From contig NC_086108.1 in the NCBI RefSeq assembly GCF_963921235.1, forward strand, positions 30,568,001 to 30,632,000: DNA of 64,000 nt, written 5' to 3'. Source of the stretch: Mobula hypostoma (Eukaryota). The position numbers were made by a program, and so were the translations under genes. The notes beneath the pieces are model-generated. The model saw only the letters and a program-made list of their open reading frames with translations. It was not told the origin of the DNA and ran no database searches. Of the stretch, positions 62,330 to 64,000 are shown in pieces (position 1 is the first letter of the stretch; each line of letters begins with the position of its first letter).

Positions 62330-63750
62330 GTGAAGTAATAGAGCCATCGAGCACCACAGCACAAAAAGAGGCTGTTCATCCCATCTAGTCCATGCTGCCC
62401 CGATTTTCTGCCTAGTTCCATCTACCTGCACCTGGACCAATGTCCTCCACACCTCTCTCATCCGTGTACTTATCCAAGCTTGTCTTACATGTTATATTTG
62501 AAGTTGCAGCTGCCATTTCCATACGCAGCTCATTCCACACTCGCACTACCTTCTGAGTGAAGTAGTTTCTCGGTAAATATTTCATCTTTCATCCTAAACT
62601 TTTGGCCTCTAGCTCTAGTCTCATCTAGTCTGAGGGAAAAAAAAGCTTGTAGGAATTCACCCTATCTAAGTATGCCTCTATTAAATCTTCCCTCAATTTC
62701 CTGTGCTCCGGTGAATAAAGTCCTAACCTGTTCAACCTACTCCTGTAAGTTCTGAATGAAACCTTTGTATCAGTCTTCCCAGAAGAAGCAGATTAAATAG
62801 ACAGATACATTTTGACCAATCAATATGAAGTAATGAAAGTATTGAATAAACAGGAAGAGCTTTGGCAGCAGGTGTGGCATATAAGGATTTAAAGTTGGAG
62901 GAAGGAATTAACTCTTAGAGATTAGTATTAAGCAAATCATTGAAAAGATTTGTGAAGGTAGTCATAATCTAGAATTAACAATGAGAATTTAGCAAGGATA
63001 AACAACGTGGATTCAGTAAGGGAGATTTTATCTGACTACTTATATGATTTTCTTCAGGTAAAGTGTGATAGCAATGAGGGTGGGGCATTTGATGTAAGGC
63101 AACATGGTAGATTGATGAAGCTAGTAATTGTCTATAGAATCTATAGGAAAGTATCAAGTGGAATAAACTTGTCTCAGTGGCAAGAAGCAAGGGTTAATGA
63201 TTATCAGAGTCTTTAGTGACTGGAGACCTTAATACAGCGGAGTTCCATGAGGATCTTTATTTTTTATGGTAGATATAAATGATTTGGACTTTAATGTTAG
63301 CAACAATATTGAGAAACATGCTGGTGACATCAAACAGGAAGGTTGATGGTTGAGAAAGAAGTTTCTGCATCACTGAAAGTTATCAATTGGAAGATGTTGA
63401 AAGTGGCAATTGGTATCGAGTCCCAAGAATGGTGAAATAGTAAATTGGGAAGGGCAAACAAGTGAAGAGAATACACAATAAATGGTAGGTTGTTAAGAAT
63501 AGAGGAACAGAGAGACTTGATCCCTCATCCAGTAATCCCCTAAGGTAGCAAGACTGCTGGATAAATTGTTAATTGTACAAGATACCTGGCTTTATTGGTT
63601 GAAGCATACAAGTAAGAGGAGTGAGACTATGCAAAAACTTTATAAATTAACAATCAAGCCACATTTTGACTGCTGTGTATAAACTTTTTCACCTTATCAT
63701 AGGAAGGATGTGACAACATGAGAGGGTTTGCGGAGATACTGCCAGGGTAG
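62330..63750. mobile_element. Degraded CR1 fragments (about 62330-62750 -, 63000-63750 +)
   Basis: CR1 3' UTR-type sequence; degenerate ataaatgatttggac and tatgcaaaaactttataaa...ttatcataggaaggatgtg. Confidence 0.6.
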
Positions 63751-63769
63751 TGTCATTGAAATTGATCTT

Positions 63770-64000
63770 CACTTCTGCCGTCAGTACTGATGAAGGGTCT
63801 TGGCCTGAAACATTGACTGTACTCCTTTCCATAGATGCTTCGTGGCCTGCTGAGTTCCTCCTGCATTTTCAGTGTGTTGCATGTCTTCTGCCATGATGAG
63901 GCCACACTAAGGGTGGAGGAGCAGCACTTCATATTCCTCTGAGGTAGCCTCCAACCTGATTGCATGAACATCGATCTCTCCTGGTGAACTTTTTTTTTCT
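63770..64000 (+). mobile_element. PLE tail followed by GIY-YIG C-terminus (partial tandem arrangement), running off the window
   Basis: CTGATGA(63787-63793)agggtcttggcctGAAACATTgactg, then CHDEATLRVEEQHFIF...LQPDCMNID. Confidence 0.8.

Overview
Vertebrate genomic DNA, most likely from a cartilaginous fish (inferred from the repeat mix: HE1/V-SINE-like SINEs, CR1, Rex1/Babar, L1/Tx1 and Penelope-like elements). It is not prokaryotic: no operons, rRNA, tRNA genes or CRISPR arrays are supported. The only convincing host gene is a spliced + strand TNF-superfamily ligand at about 0.4-3.9 kb, with a type II transmembrane exon, a probable middle exon and a compact TNF-homology-domain exon (closest by eye to TNFSF18/GITRL-like ligands). 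The remaining ~59 kb is a nested stack of transposon relics: six solo LTRs with target-site duplications (TSDs) from two families, CR1, Rex1, L1/Tx1, L2, Tc1/pogo/hAT MITEs, and many Penelope-like element (PLE) tails. The PLE tails carry a minimal hammerhead-ribozyme motif. Three PLE insertions share one architecture: an inverted (fold-back) 5' arm plus a 14-bp TSD. PLE hammerheads are already known in general, so I cannot claim a wholly new system. Boundaries of degraded repeats are approximate; coordinates quoted with TSDs or splice sites were read directly from the sequence.
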